Virus record (IMG/VR): IMGVR_UViG_2718217713_000003
Direction: 5' to 3' (one strand)
Length of the DNA stretch: 50,229 nucleotides
Source of the DNA: a virus
Lineage: Duplodnaviria; Heunggongvirae; Uroviricota; Caudoviricetes
Shown here: positions 17,665 to 32,993 of the stretch, piece by piece
How the letters are laid out: the number at the start of each line of letters is the position of its first letter
Position numbering within the stretch: position 1 is the first letter of the stretch
Translations under genes and position numbers: made by a program
The notes under the pieces: generated by a model
Database searches by the model: none
Told to the model about the DNA's origin: nothing
Seen by the model: the letters and a program-made list of their open reading frames with translations, nothing else

Positions 17665-17945
17665 AATTCATCGCTCGTCTGTATACGATAACGAAGAAGG
17701 CTGATGCCTGAGTAGAGATACGGACAGAGTAGTGAATATTGGATCTCTTTAATAAAAAGTAAGGAGGTCCAATACATGAAACAATGGCTAGCATATTTGG
17801 CAAAATCTTAATCAGGAAAAGTATGCTAACCATTGTGGTGAAGTGCAGGTTTGCTGCATGAATAGTTTTACAGCAGAAGCTAACTGCTGGCATGGCAAAA
17901 CAAAGTGCGTAAGTGGATGACTCCCACAAAAAGCACCACAATCTC

Positions 17946-17968
17946 AAACCCGCTCAGGCGGGTTTTTT
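17946..17968. terminator. Intrinsic terminator between convergent genes
   Basis: AAACCCGCTCAGGCGGGTTTTTT between cspB and the minus-strand zinc-ribbon ORF. Confidence 0.55.
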
Positions 17969-18027
17969 ATTATCTGCTTTAAATATATTATTAAAATATA
18001 AAAAATACTTGTTACTAATAAAATCAA

Positions 18028-18198
18028 TCAGGCTACAGCTTTAAGATTTGTCTGGAATACTTTGTTGCAATGAGGGCAGATCAAAAGGGCACCTTTTTGT
18101 ACTCTTGAAAAACTGTGTTCTGACTCTTGGGTGCAGTTTGGGCAGGAACATTTAACGAGATAATTACGGCGTGATTTTGAGTTTTTACGTTCTGACAT
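18028..18198 (-). CDS. Small zinc-ribbon protein (YnfQ/YmcF-like?)
   Basis: 56 aa from the internal ATG (MSERKNSKSRRNYLVKCSCPNCTQ...CPHCNKVF), with two CxxC pairs and an AGGA Shine-Dalgarno. Confidence 0.45.
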   Translation of the reverse strand: MSERKNSKSRRNYLVKCSCPNCTQESEHSFSRVQKGALLICPHCNKVFQTNLKAVA

Positions 18199-18417
18199 AG
18201 GCTTTTCCTGTATAAATGGCCGTATACAGTACACTAAATATGAAAACATTTCTCGTATTATTATTTTATATATGACTTTCTTTCAAAATAATTACCCACA
18301 TTTTTAATGTGTATGTTTTTTTAGCGCCGTTGAGAACAACGTGTGCTGTCAAAACTACCCCGTAGACTCCGATCTTTTCAAACATATTGCACCATCCGTG
18401 TACATCGGGGTGAGGAT

Positions 18418-18633
18418 ATGAAATCAATGGATAAGTTAACAACAGGTGTTGCCTATGGCACATCGGCGGGTAATGCTGGTTTCTGGGCATTGCAGTTACT
18501 CGATAAAGTAACTCCGTCACAGTGGGCTGCAATCGGTGTGCTGGGTAGCCTGGTTTTTGGCCTGCTGACGTATCTGACAAATCTTTATTTCAAGATTAAA
18601 GAAGACAGGCGTAAGGCTGCGAGAGGAGAGTAA
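18418..18633 (+). CDS. essQ: Pinholin (phage 21 S21-type class II holin) with dual-start motif
   Basis: 71 aa ([71 protein letters not shown]). The MKSM start allows antiholin and holin isoforms. Confidence 0.85.
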   Translation: MKSMDKLTTGVAYGTSAGNAGFWALQLLDKVTPSQWAAIGVLGSLVFGLLTYLTNLYFKIKEDRRKAARGE

Positions 18634-18637
18634 TCCA

Positions 18638-18945
18638 ATGACTCAAGACTATGAACTGGTTGTGAAAGGAGTCCGTAATTTTGAGAATAAAGTTACGGTA
18701 ACTGTAGCCTTACAGGACAAAGAACGCTTTGACGGTGAAATTTTTGACCTGGATGTCGCCATGGACCGTGTTGAAGGAGCTGCGCTGGAGTTTTATGAGG
18801 CAGCAGCCAGAAGGAGCGTCCGGCAAGTCTTCCTGGAAGTAGCAGAAAAATTGTCAGAAAAAGTTGAGTCTTATCTGCAGCATCAGTACTCCTTTAAGAT
18901 TGAAAATCCTGCCAATAAGCACGAGCGTCCTCATCATAAATATAT

Positions 18946-18949
<4 letters not shown>
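18638..18949 (+). CDS. ydfR: YdfR-like protein between holin and endolysin
   Basis: 103 aa ORF in the conserved Qin-type lysis cassette order. Confidence 0.6.
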
Positions 18950-19973
<1,024 letters not shown>

Positions 19974-20336
19974 GGTAATATTAAATCGGAACATTTACAT
20001 CGCGGAATGTAAAATTTAAATAAAAAGGACTCTTCCATGAGCCAAAATTCCTGAAATCTTAAGGGTAAGATAAAAGGTCTTAATCAGAATGACACGTTAT
20101 TATTAATAAATAAAGCTATTCTTTCATTGCTGTGTTTTTCTTTACAAAAGTAATCCTTGCTATGGGTGGTTAATCATGCGTTAATGGTGTTCTGGTTTGT
20201 TACAAATTTATCTGAAGCAGTCATTGTTATAATTTTATTATTTGTACCTCTTGAGATTTCCTTGTTGGTTTTTCTCTCTGATATTTTTTTTCGGACCATT
20301 CTGCCCAAGGGCTAATTTCTTCAAAAGGTAATAATT

Positions 20337-20549
20337 ATGTCTAACAAAATGACTGGTTTAGTGAAATGGTTTAACCCTGAAAAAGGTTTTGGTTTCATCA
20401 CGCCGAAAGATGGCAGCAAAGATGTGTTTGTCCATTTCTCAGCAATTCAGAGCAACGATTTCAAAACATTAACTGAGAATCAGGAAGTTGAATTTGGTAT
20501 TGAGAACGGACCTAAAGGTCCTGCCGCTGTTCATGTAGTGGCGCTTTGA
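20337..20549 (+). CDS. cspI: Cold-shock protein CspI
   Basis: 70 aa ([45 protein letters not shown]...). Confidence 0.85.
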   Translation: MSNKMTGLVKWFNPEKGFGFITPKDGSKDVFVHFSAIQSNDFKTLTENQEVEFGIENGPKGPAAVHVVAL

Positions 20550-20820
20550 GGTAGACAATATTACAAACCATATTCACTTTAGATGCCCGTGTTGTCATGG
20601 TTCCCAGTATAGAACATCATCTTTTGATGTTTCTGACATGAATCCTTTCGGGGCAAAATGTATCTTTTGTAAATCAATGATGATTACATTTGATAATATT
20701 TCACAATACTTAAATGCCAGCCGTCTGTCGTTGGATTTAAAAAAGTGAAAATGAAGGCTCCTTCGGGAGCTTTTTTGCTTGGTATCTATTCGATGGATAC
20801 TCACATACTACGGTAACATC

Positions 20821-21051
20821 ATGAAAAAAATCATAGTTTTTTTTAACTCTGAACCTGCAGTGGTAGTGCCAGCGATGACTGGAGTTAACACCATCATGCG
20901 TGAATATCCAAATGGCGAAAAAACACACCTTACTGTAATGGCCGCAGGGTTTCCATCTCTGACCGGAGATCATAAAGTCATTTATGTAGCCGCGGATCGA
21001 CATGTTACTTCAGAAGAAATTCTGGAAGCAGCAATAAGGCTCTTGAGTTGA
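20821..21051 (+). CDS. Hypothetical small protein
   Basis: 76 aa from the internal ATG (MKKIIVFFNSEPAVVVPAMTGV...), downstream of a terminator-like hairpin at 20763-20786. Confidence 0.35.
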   Translation: MKKIIVFFNSEPAVVVPAMTGVNTIMREYPNGEKTHLTVMAAGFPSLTGDHKVIYVAADRHVTSEEILEAAIRLLS

Positions 21052-21222
21052 TTTGATGCTATTGTATTGATAATTCAGGAAAATTTTCTTTGTCTGTTTG
21101 TGTAAAATTTAGACTATCGTATGTTGATTATTGCGATGTTTCATCTTATCTTTTACACGTTTGCACCATATAATCGACTTACTGTGTAACTGGAAAGTCA
21201 TAACAGACTAAAAGAGGAAATG

Positions 21223-21396
21223 ATGAATATTGAAAACTTAAAAACAAAAGCAGAAGCAGATATTTCTGAATATATAACAAAAAAAATTATTGAACTTAAG
21301 AAAAAGACCGGGAAAGAAGTTACCAGTATTCAGTTTACCGCACGGGAAAAAATGACGGGTCTTGAAAGCTATGATGTCAAGATTAATTTAATCTGA
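21223..21396 (+). CDS. gnsB: GnsB (GnsA/GnsB family) small protein
   Basis: 57 aa found by hand translation (MNIENLKTKAEADISEYITKKIIELKKKTGKEVTSIQFTAREKMTGLESYDVKINLI), with an AAGAGGA Shine-Dalgarno. Confidence 0.75.
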   Translation: MNIENLKTKAEADISEYITKKIIELKKKTGKEVTSIQFTAREKMTGLESYDVKINLI

Positions 21397-21547
21397 TGTA
21401 TTCAATAATAAAATTTATCCATAAACCTCGTTTTTACGGGGTTTTGTTATATTTGAATGGTTCCGAATATCTAAATCACAATTGTTGATGGTTTTTATTA
21501 AACCAATGCAGTCCGGCTCAGGAGTGAGAGAAGCCGGACGTTATGGT

Positions 21548-21973
21548 TTAGCGTGGTAAGATCTGTGTAGTTTTCTGGATGCTTTCAGTAAATAGTAATG
21601 AATTATCAAAGGTATAGTAATATCTTTTTTGTTCGTGGATATTTGTAACCCACCGAAAAACTCCTGCTTTAGCAAGGTTTCTTCTGTATTCCTGAAATGT
21701 GATCTCTCTGGATTTCAGCTTATTAGAGGTCGTTTCTATAAGATGCCTATCCTTTGAAAATTTGACAGACACAATGTTTTTTAGGCCCTTTAATAACACT
21801 GTATTATCATTTTTTAATACAATATGAACATTCTCTGTGGCTAAATAGTAAATGTAATGTGAGACATTGTGACGTTTTAGCTCAGAATAAAACCATTGAT
21901 AGTTTAAATCGTTTCGAACTTTATCAAATATTTGTTTAAAAATGACTACCTGATCCATAGATAAACCTTCCAT
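21548..21973 (-). CDS. ydfO: YdfO-like protein (DUF1398)
   Basis: 141 aa ORF in the Qin-like order. Confidence 0.6.
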
Positions 21974-22015
21974 GTGATATGAGGGGGCGTAGTCTGCACG
22001 ATTATCTAAATTGCT

Positions 22016-22249
22016 TCAATCTGGTCTGACCTGTTTTCTGAGCAATTCAGTAATGTCACTCTTTTCTTTGTTTGCTTCAGAAGAAACTCTTTTTTCTGAG
22101 CACAGTCTCCGGCGGCAGGCTTCAATGACCCAGGCTGAGAAATTCCCGGACCCTTTTTGCTCAAGAGCGATGTTAATTTGTTCAATCATTTGGTTAGGAA
22201 AGCGGATGTTGCGGGTTGTTGTTCTGCGGGTTCTGTTCTTCGTTGACAT
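22016..22249 (-). CDS. ynfO: YnfO-like small DNA-binding protein (ribbon-helix-helix-like)
   Basis: 77 aa, basic N-terminus (MSTKNRTRRTTTRNIRFPNQMIEQINIALEQ...). Confidence 0.55.
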   Translation of the reverse strand: MSTKNRTRRTTTRNIRFPNQMIEQINIALEQKGSGNFSAWVIEACRRRLCSEKRVSSEANKEKSDITELLRKQVRPD

Positions 22250-22399
22250 GAGGTTGTCCCGTATTCAGTGTCGCTGATTTGTATTGTCTGAAGTTGTTTT
22301 TACGTTAAGTTGATGCAGATCAATTAATACGATATCTGCGTCATAATTGATTATTTGACGTGGTTTGATTGCGTAGATGCACGTTGTGACATGCAGATG

Positions 22400-22640
22400 A
22401 TAATTATTATCATTTTGCGGGTCCTTTCCGGCGATCCGACAGGTTACGGGGCGGCGACCTCGCGGGTTTTCGCTATTTATGAAAATTTTCCGGTTTAAGG
22501 CATTTCCGTTCTTCTTCGTCGTAACTTAATGTTTTTATTTAAAATACCCCCTGAAAAGAAAGGAAACGACAGGTGCTGAAAACGAGCTTTTGGGCCTCTG
22601 TCGTTTCCTTTCTCTGTTTTTGGCCGTGGAATGAACAATG
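22400..22640 (+). other. cos site: cosN (GGGCGGCGACCT at 22449-22460) with flanking cosQ and cosB
   Basis: Sequence ...CGACAGGTTACGGGGCGGCGACCTCGCGGGTTTTCGCTATTTATGAAAATTTTCCGGTTTAAGG... read directly. It matches the lambda cohesive-end region as I remember it, immediately upstream of Nu1. Confidence 0.85.
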
Positions 22641-23157
22641 GAAGTCAACAAAAAGCAGCTGGCTGACATTTTCGGTGCGAGTATCCGTACCATTCAGAAC
22701 TGGCAGGAACAGGGAATGCCCGTTCTGCGAGGCGGTGGCAAGGGTAATGAGGTGCTTTATGACTCTGCCGCCGTTATAAGATGGTATGCCGAAAGGGATG
22801 CTGAAATTGAGAACGAAAAGCTGCGCCGGGAAGTTGAAGAACTGCGGCAGGCCAGCGAGACAGATCTCCAGCCAGGGACTATTGAGTACGAACGCCATCG
22901 ACTTACGCGTGCGCAGGCCGACGCACAGGAGCTGAAAAATGCCAGAGACTCCGCTGAAGTGGTGGAAACCGCATTCTGTACTTTCGTGCTGTCGCGGATC
23001 GCAGGTGAAATTGCCAGTATTCTCGACGGGATCCCCCTGTCGGTGCAGCGGCGTTTTCCGGAACTGGAAAACCGACATGTTGATTTCCTGAAACGGGATA
23101 TCATCAAAGCCATGAACAAAGCAGCCGCGCTGGATGAACTGATACCGGGGTTGCTGA

Positions 23158-23183
<26 letters not shown>
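22638..23183 (+). CDS. Nu1: Terminase small subunit Nu1
   Basis: 181 aa (MEVNKKQLADIFGASIRTIQNWQEQGMPVLRGGGKGNEVLYD...), matching lambda Nu1. Confidence 0.95.
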
Positions 23184-26864
<3,681 letters not shown>

Positions 26865-26884
<20 letters not shown>

Positions 26885-28184
26885 TCTCCCGCATATTGCC
26901 AGCATGGCTTTTAATGAGCCGCTGATGCTTGAACCCGCCTATGCGCGGGTTTTCTTTTGTGCGCTTGCAGGCCAGCTTGGGATCAGCCGCCTGACGGATG
27001 CGGTGTCCGGCGACAGCCTGACTGCCCAGGAGGCACTCGCGACGCTGGCATTATCCGGTGATGATGACGGACCACGACAGGCCCGCAGTTATCAGGTCAT
27101 GAACGGCATCGCCGTGCTGCCGGTGTCCGGCACGCTGGTCAGCCGGACGCGGGCGCTGCAGCCGTACTCGGGGATGACCGGTTACAACGGCATTATCGCC
27201 CGTCTGCAACAGGCTGCCAGCGATCCGATGGTGGACGGCATTCTGCTCGATATGGACACGCCCGGCGGGATGGTGGCGGGGGCATTTGACTGCGCTGACA
27301 TCATCGCCCGTGTGCGTGACATAAAGCCGGTATGGGCGCTGGCCAATGACATGAACTGCAGCGCAGGTCAGCTGCTTGCCAGTGCCGCCTCCCGGCGTCT
27401 GGTCACGCAGACCGCCCGGACAGGCTCCATCGGCGTCATGATGGCTCACAGTAATTACGGCGCTGCACTGGAGAAACAGGGCGTGGAAATCACGCTGATT
27501 TACAGCGGCAGCCGTAAGGTGGATGGCAACCCCTACAGCCATCTACCGGATGATGTCCGGGAAACATTGCAGTCCCGGATGGATGCAACCCGCCGGATGT
27601 TTGCACAGAAGGTGTCGGCATATACCGGCCTGTCCGTGCAGGCTGTGCTGGATACCGAGGCTGCAGTGTACAGCGGTCAGGAGGCCATTGATGCCGGACT
27701 GGCTGATGAACTTGTCAACAGCACCGATGCGATCACCGTTATGCGTGATGCACTGGATGCACGTAAATCCCGTCTCTCAGGAGGGCGAATGACCAAAGAG
27801 ACTCAATCAACAACTGTTTCAGCCACTGCTTCGCAGGCTGACGTTACTGACGTGGTGCCAGCGACGGAGGGCGAAAACGCCAGCGCGGCGCAGCCGGACG
27901 TGAACGCGCAGATCACCGCTGCGGTTGCGGCAGAAAACAGCCGCATTATGGGGATCCTCAACTGTGAGGAGGCTCACGGACGCGAAGAACAGGCCCGCGT
28001 GCTGGCAGAAACCCCCGGTATGACCGTGGAAACGGCCCGCCGCATTCTGGCAGCTGCACCACAGAGTGCACAGGCGCGCAGTGACACTGCGCTGGATCGT
28101 CTGATGCAGGGGGCACCGGCACCACTGGCTGCAGGTAACCCGGCATCTGATGCCGTTAACGATTTGCTGAACACACCAGTGTAA
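26865..28184 (+). CDS. C: Head maturation protease / minor capsid protein C
   Basis: 439 aa from the GTG at 26865 (VTAELRNLPHIASMAFNEPLMLEPAYARVFF...), matching lambda gpC. The tabulated ORF start at 26730 is a run-on. Confidence 0.9.
27789..28184 (+). CDS. Nu3: Scaffolding protein Nu3 (in-frame internal start within C)
   Basis: 131 aa from the internal ATG preceded by GGAGGG (MTKETQSTTVSATASQADVTDVVPATEG...). Confidence 0.8.
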   Translation: MTKETQSTTVSATASQADVTDVVPATEGENASAAQPDVNAQITAAVAAENSRIMGILNCEEAHGREEQARVLAETPGMTVETARRILAAAPQSAQARSDTALDRLMQGAPAPLAAGNPASDAVNDLLNTPV

Positions 28185-28193
28185 GGGATGTTT

Positions 28194-28526
28194 ATGACGA
28201 GCAAAGAAACCTTTACCCATTACCAGCCGCTGGGCAACAGTGACCCGGCTCATACCGCAACCGCGCCCGGCGGATTGAGTGCGAAAGCGCCTGCAATGAC
28301 CCCGCTGATGCTGGACACCTCCACCCGTAAGCTGGTTGCGTGGGATGGCACCACCGACGGTACTGCCGTTGGCATTCTGGCGGTTGATGCTGACCAGACC
28401 AGCACCACGCTGACGTTCTACAAGTCCGGCACGTTCCGTTATGAGGATGTGCTCTGGCCGGAGGCTGCCAGCGACGAGACGAAAAAACGGACCGCGTTTG
28501 CCGGAACGGCAATCAGCATCGTTTAA
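28194..28526 (+). CDS. D: Capsid decoration protein D
   Basis: 110 aa ([39 protein letters not shown]...), matching lambda gpD. Confidence 0.95.
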   Translation: MTSKETFTHYQPLGNSDPAHTATAPGGLSAKAPAMTPLMLDTSTRKLVAWDGTTDGTAVGILAVDADQTSTTLTFYKSGTFRYEDVLWPEAASDETKKRTAFAGTAISIV

Positions 28527-28545
28527 CTTTACCCTTCATCACTAA

Positions 28546-28568
28546 AGGCCGCCTGTGCGGCTTTTTTT
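28546..28568 (+). terminator. Hairpin plus T-run between D and E (possible attenuator)
   Basis: GCCGCCTGTGCGGC stem followed by TTTTTTT. Confidence 0.4.
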
Positions 28569-28581
28569 ACGGGATTTTTTT

Positions 28582-29607
28582 ATGTCGATGTACACAACCG
28601 CCCAGCTGCTGGCGGCAAATGAGCAGAAATTTAAGTTTGATCCGCTGTTTCTGCGTCTCTTTTTCCGTGAGAGCTATCCCTTCACCACGGAGAAAGTCTA
28701 TCTCTCACAAATTCCGGGACTGGTAAACATGGCGCTGTACGTTTCGCCGATTGTTTCCGGTGAGGTTATCCGTTCCCGTGGCGGCTCCACCTCTGAATTT
28801 ACGCCGGGATATGTCAAACCCAAGCATGAGGTGAATCCGCAGATGACCCTGCGTCGCCTGCCGGATGAAGATCCGCAGAATCTGGCGGACCCGGCTTACC
28901 GCCGCCGTCGCATCATCATGCAGAACATGCGAGACGAAGAGCTGGCCATTGCTCAGGTCGAAGAGATGCAGGCCGTTTCTGCTGTGCTTAAGGGCAAATA
29001 CACCATGACCGGTGAAGCCTTCGATCCGGTTGAGGTGGATATGGGCCGCAGTGCGGCGAACAACATCACACAGTCCGGTGGTACGGAGTGGAGCAAGCGT
29101 GACAAGTCCACGTATGACCCGACCGACGATATCGAAGCCTATGCGCTGAACGCCAGCGGCGTGGTGAATATCATCGTGTTTGATCCGAAAGGCTGGGCGC
29201 TGTTCCGTTCCTTCAAAGCCGTCAAGGAGAAGCTGGATACCCGTCGCGGCTCTAATTCCGAGCTGGAGACAGCGGTAAAAGACCTGGGCGAAGCGGTGTC
29301 CTATAAGGGGATGTATGGCGATACGGCGATCGTCGTGTATTCCGGACAGTACGTGGAAAACGACGTCAAAAAGAACTTCCTGCCGGACAACACGATGGTG
29401 CTGGGGAACACTCAGGCACGCGGTCTGCGCACCTATGGCTGCATTCAGGATGCGGACGCACAGCGCGAAGGTATTAACGCCTCTGCCCGCTACCCGAAAA
29501 ACTGGGTGACCACCGGCGATCCGGCGCGTGAGTTCACCATGATTCAGTCAGCACCGCTGATGCTGCTGGCTGATCCTGATGCGTTCGTGTCCGTACAACT
29601 GGCGTAA
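28582..29607 (+). CDS. E: Major capsid protein E
   Basis: 341 aa from the ATG at 28582 (MSMYTTAQLLAANEQKFKFDPLFLRLFFRESYPF...), matching lambda gpE. Confidence 0.95.
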   Translation: MSMYTTAQLLAANEQKFKFDPLFLRLFFRESYPFTTEKVYLSQIPGLVNMALYVSPIVSGEVIRSRGGSTSEFTPGYVKPKHEVNPQMTLRRLPDEDPQNLADPAYRRRRIIMQNMRDEELAIAQVEEMQAVSAVLKGKYTMTGEAFDPVEVDMGRSAANNITQSGGTEWSKRDKSTYDPTDDIEAYALNASGVVNIIVFDPKGWALFRSFKAVKEKLDTRRGSNSELETAVKDLGEAVSYKGMYGDTAIVVYSGQYVENDVKKNFLPDNTMVLGNTQARGLRTYGCIQDADAQREGINASARYPKNWVTTGDPAREFTMIQSAPLMLLADPDAFVSVQLA

Positions 29608-29648
29608 TCATGGCCCTTCGGGGCCATTTTCTCTCTGTGGAGGAGTCC

Positions 29649-30044
29649 ATGACGAAAGATGAACTGATTGCCCGTCTTCAGGTGCTGGGTGAGCAACTGA
29701 ACCGTGATGTCAGCCTGACGGGGACGAAAGAAGAACTGGTGCTCCGTGTGGCAGAGCTGGAAGAGGAGCTTGATGACACGGATGACGGAGCCGGTCAGGA
29801 CACATCTGTCAGCCCGGAAAATGCGCTGACCGGACATGAAAATGAGGTGGTATCAGCGCAGCCGGATACCGTGATTGATACGGCTGCTCTGGTCACGGTC
29901 GTGGCACTGGTGACGCTGCATACTGATGCACTTCACGCCACGCGGGATGAGCCTGTGGCATTTGTGCTGCCGGGAACGGCGTTTCGTGTCTCTGCCGGTG
30001 TGGCAGCCGAAATGACAGAACATGGCCTGGCCAGAATGCAATAA
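29649..30044 (+). CDS. FI: DNA packaging protein FI
   Basis: 131 aa from the ATG at 29649 (MTKDELIARLQVLGEQLNRDVSLTGTKEEL...), GGAGG Shine-Dalgarno. Confidence 0.9.
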   Translation: MTKDELIARLQVLGEQLNRDVSLTGTKEELVLRVAELEEELDDTDDGAGQDTSVSPENALTGHENEVVSAQPDTVIDTAALVTVVALVTLHTDALHATRDEPVAFVLPGTAFRVSAGVAAEMTEHGLARMQ

Positions 30045-30055
30045 CGGGAGGCGCT

Positions 30056-30409
30056 GTGGCTGATTCCGATAACCTGTTCGATGCTGCCATTGCCCGCGCC
30101 GATGAAACGATACGCGGGTACATGGGAACGTCAGCCACCATGACATCCGGTGAGCTGTCCGGTGCTGTGATACGTGGTGTTTTTGATGACCCTGAAAATA
30201 TCAGCTATGCCGGACAGGGGGTGCGCGTTGAAGGCTCCAGCCCGTCCCTGTTTGTCCGGACTGATGATGTGCGGCAGCTGCGGCGTGGAGACACACTGAC
30301 CATCGGCGAGGAAAACTTCTGGGTGGACCGGATTTCGCCGGATGATGGCGGAAGCTGTCATCTCTGGCTTGGGCGTGGCGTGCCGCCTGCCGTTAACCGT
30401 CGCCGCTGA
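30056..30409 (+). CDS. FII: Head completion protein FII
   Basis: 117 aa with a GTG start (MADSDNLFDAAIARADETIRGYMG...), matching lambda gpFII. Confidence 0.9.
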   Translation: MADSDNLFDAAIARADETIRGYMGTSATMTSGELSGAVIRGVFDDPENISYAGQGVRVEGSSPSLFVRTDDVRQLRRGDTLTIGEENFWVDRISPDDGGSCHLWLGRGVPPAVNRRR

Positions 30410-30420
30410 AAGGGGGATGT

Positions 30421-30999
30421 ATGGCCATAAAAGGTCTTGAGCAGGCCGTTGAAAACCTCAGCCGTATCAGCAAAACGGCGGTGCCTGGTGCCGCCGCAAT
30501 GGCCATTAACCGCGTTGCGTCATCCGCGATATCGCAGTCTGCGTCACAGGTTGCCCGTGAGACAAAGGTACGCCGGAAACTGGTAAAGGAAAGGGCCAGG
30601 CTGAAAAGGGCCACGGTCAAAAATCCGCAGGCCAGAATCAGGGTTAACCGGGGGGATTTGCCCGTAATCAAGCTGGGTAACGCGCGGGTTGTCCTTTCCC
30701 GCCGCAGACGTCGTAAAAAGGGGCAGCGTTCATCCCTGAAAGGTGGCGGCAGCGTGCTTGTGGTGGGAAACCGTCGTATTCCCGGCGCGTTTATTCAGCA
30801 ACTGAAAAATGGCCGGTGGCATGTCATGCAGCGTGTGGCCGGGAAAAACCGTTACCCCATTGATGTGGTGAAAATCCCGATGGCGGTGCCGCTTACCACG
30901 GCGTTTAAACAGAATATTGAACGGATACGGCGTGAACGTCTTCCGAAAGAGCTGGGCTATGCGCTGCAGCATCAACTGAGAATGGTAATAAAGCGATGA
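30421..30999 (+). CDS. Z: Tail completion protein Z
   Basis: 192 aa (MAIKGLEQAVENLSRISKTAVPGAAAMAINRV...), matching lambda gpZ. Confidence 0.9.
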   Translation: MAIKGLEQAVENLSRISKTAVPGAAAMAINRVASSAISQSASQVARETKVRRKLVKERARLKRATVKNPQARIRVNRGDLPVIKLGNARVVLSRRRRRKKGQRSSLKGGGSVLVVGNRRIPGAFIQQLKNGRWHVMQRVAGKNRYPIDVVKIPMAVPLTTAFKQNIERIRRERLPKELGYALQHQLRMVIKR

Positions 31000-31391
31000 A
31001 ACATACTGAACTCCGTGCAGCCGTACTGGATGCACTGGAGAAGCATGACACCGGGGCGACGCTTTTTGATGGTCGCCCCGCTGTTTTTGATGAGGCGGAT
31101 TTTCCGGCAATTGCCGTTTATCTCACCGGCGCTGAATACACGGGCGAAGAGCTGGACAGTGATACCTGGCAGGCGGAGCTGCATATTGAAGTTTTCCTGC
31201 CTGCTCAGGTGCCGGATTCAGAGCTGGATTCGTGGATGGAGTCCCGGGTTTATCCGGTGATGAGCGATATCCCGGCACTGTCAGATTTGATCACCAGTAT
31301 GGTGGCCAGCGGCTATGACTACCGGCGCGACGATGATGCGGGCCTGTGGAGTTCAGCCGATCTGACTTATGTCATTACCTATGAAATGTGA
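30996..31391 (+). CDS. U: Tail terminator protein U
   Basis: 131 aa ([31 protein letters not shown]...), matching lambda gpU. Confidence 0.9.
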   Translation: MKHTELRAAVLDALEKHDTGATLFDGRPAVFDEADFPAIAVYLTGAEYTGEELDSDTWQAELHIEVFLPAQVPDSELDSWMESRVYPVMSDIPALSDLITSMVASGYDYRRDDDAGLWSSADLTYVITYEM

Positions 31392-31398
31392 GGACGCT

Positions 31399-32139
31399 AT
31401 GCCTGTACCAAATCCAGTAATGCCGGTGAAAGGGGCCGGGACCACACTGTGGGTTTATAAGGGGAACGGTGACCCTTATGCGAACCCGCTTTCAGACGTT
31501 GACTGGTCGCGTCTGGCTAAAGTTAAAGACCTGACGCCCGGCGAACTGACCGCTGAGTCCTATGACGACAGCTATCTCGATGATGAAGATGCGGACTGGA
31601 CTGCGACCGGGCAGGGGCAGAAATCTGCCGGAGATACCAGCTTCACGCTGGCGTGGATGCCCGGAGAGCAGGGGCAGCAGGCGCTGCTGGCGTGGTTTAA
31701 TGAAGGGGATACCCGAGCCTATAAAATCCGCTTCCCGAATGGCACGGTCGATGTGTTCCGCGGCTGGGTCAGCAGTATCGGTAAGGCGGTGACGGCGAAG
31801 GAAGTGATCACCCGCACGGTGAAGGTCACCAATGTGGGCCGTCCGTCGATGGCAGAAGATCACAGCACGGTCACAGCGGCAACCGGCATGACCGTGACGC
31901 CTGCCAGCACCTCGGTGGTGAAAGGGCAGAGCACCACGCTGACCGTGGCATTCCAGCCGGAAGGCGCAACCGACAAGAGCTTCCGTGCGGTGTCAGCGGA
32001 TAAAACAAAAGCCACCGTGTCGGTCAGTGGTATGACCATCACCGTGAAAGGTGTTGCTGCAGGCAAGGTCAACATTCCGGTCGTATCCGGTAATGGTGAA
32101 CTTGCTGCGGTTGCAGAAATCAACGTCACCGCCAGTTAA
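31399..32139 (+). CDS. V: Major tail tube protein V
   Basis: 246 aa from the ATG at 31399 ([31 protein letters not shown]...), matching lambda gpV. Confidence 0.95.
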   Translation: MPVPNPVMPVKGAGTTLWVYKGNGDPYANPLSDVDWSRLAKVKDLTPGELTAESYDDSYLDDEDADWTATGQGQKSAGDTSFTLAWMPGEQGQQALLAWFNEGDTRAYKIRFPNGTVDVFRGWVSSIGKAVTAKEVITRTVKVTNVGRPSMAEDHSTVTAATGMTVTPASTSVVKGQSTTLTVAFQPEGATDKSFRAVSADKTKATVSVSGMTITVKGVAAGKVNIPVVSGNGELAAVAEINVTAS

Positions 32140-32154
32140 TCCGGAGAGTCAGCG

Positions 32155-32577
32155 ATGTTCCTGAAAACCGAATCATTTGAACATAACGGTGTGACCGTCA
32201 CGCTTTCTGAACTGTCAGCCCTGCAGCGTATTGAGCATCTCGCCCTGATGAAACGGCAGGCAGAACAGGCGGAGTCAGACAGCAACCGGAAGTTTACTGT
32301 GGAAGACGCCATCAGAACCGGTGCTTGTGTGGTAGCGATGTCCCTGTGGCATAACCATCCGCAGAAGACGCAGATGCCTTCCATGAATGAAGCCGTTAAA
32401 CAGATTGAGCAGGAAGTGCTTACCACCTGGCCTACAGAGGCAATTTCTCATGCTGAAAACGTGGTGTACCGGCTGTCCGGTATGTATGAGTTTGTGGTGA
32501 ATGATGCCCCTGAACAGGCAGAGGATGCCGGGCCTGCAGAGCCTGTTTCTGCGGGAAAGTGTTCGACGGTGAGCTGA
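32155..32577 (+). CDS. G: Tail assembly chaperone G
   Basis: 140 aa (MFLKTESFEHNGVTVTLSELSALQRIEHLALMKRQ...), matching lambda gpG. The slippery heptamer lies near its 3' end. Confidence 0.9.
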   Translation: MFLKTESFEHNGVTVTLSELSALQRIEHLALMKRQAEQAESDSNRKFTVEDAIRTGACVVAMSLWHNHPQKTQMPSMNEAVKQIEQEVLTTWPTEAISHAENVVYRLSGMYEFVVNDAPEQAEDAGPAEPVSAGKCSTVS

Positions 32578-32993
32578 GTTTTGCCCTGAAACTGGCGCGC
32601 GAGATGGGGCGACCCGACTGGCGTGCCATGCTTGCCGGGATGTCATCCACGGAGTATGCCGACTGGCACCGCTTTTACAGTACCCATTATTTTCATGATG
32701 TTCTGCTGGATATGCACTTTTCCGGGCTGACGTACACCGTGCTCAGCCTGTTTTTCAGCGATCCGGATATGCATCCGCTGGATTTCAGTCTGCTGAACCG
32801 GCGCGAGGCTGACGAAGAGCCTGAAGATGATGTGCTGATGCAGAAAGCGGCAGGGCTTGCCGGAGGCGTTCGTTTTGGCCCGGACGGGAATGAAGTTATC
32901 CCCGCTTCCCCGGATGTGGCGGACATGACGGAGGATGACGTAATGCTGATGACAGTATCAGAAGGGATCGCAGGAGGAGTCCGGTATGGCTGA
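32155..32993 (+). CDS. T: Tail assembly chaperone G-T fusion (programmed -1 ribosomal frameshift at GGGAAAG, 32553-32559)
   Basis: Heptamer G GGA AAG in the G frame. The -1 frame continues as VFDGELSFALKLAREMGRPDWRAMLAGMSSTEYADWHRFY... to 32993. Confidence 0.85.

Noticed and set aside
17654-17947. 97 aa minus-strand ORF downstream of cspB
   Set aside because: Overlaps the cspB 3' end and an intergenic terminator. Hydrophobic low-complexity translation, no Shine-Dalgarno.
20583-20750. Possible small zinc-ribbon ORF (RCPCCHGS...CIFCKS) after cspI
   Set aside because: The frame has no plausible start codon upstream of the CxxC motifs, and the only ATG gives a 36 aa product. Could be a YnfN-like remnant, but I cannot support a gene call.
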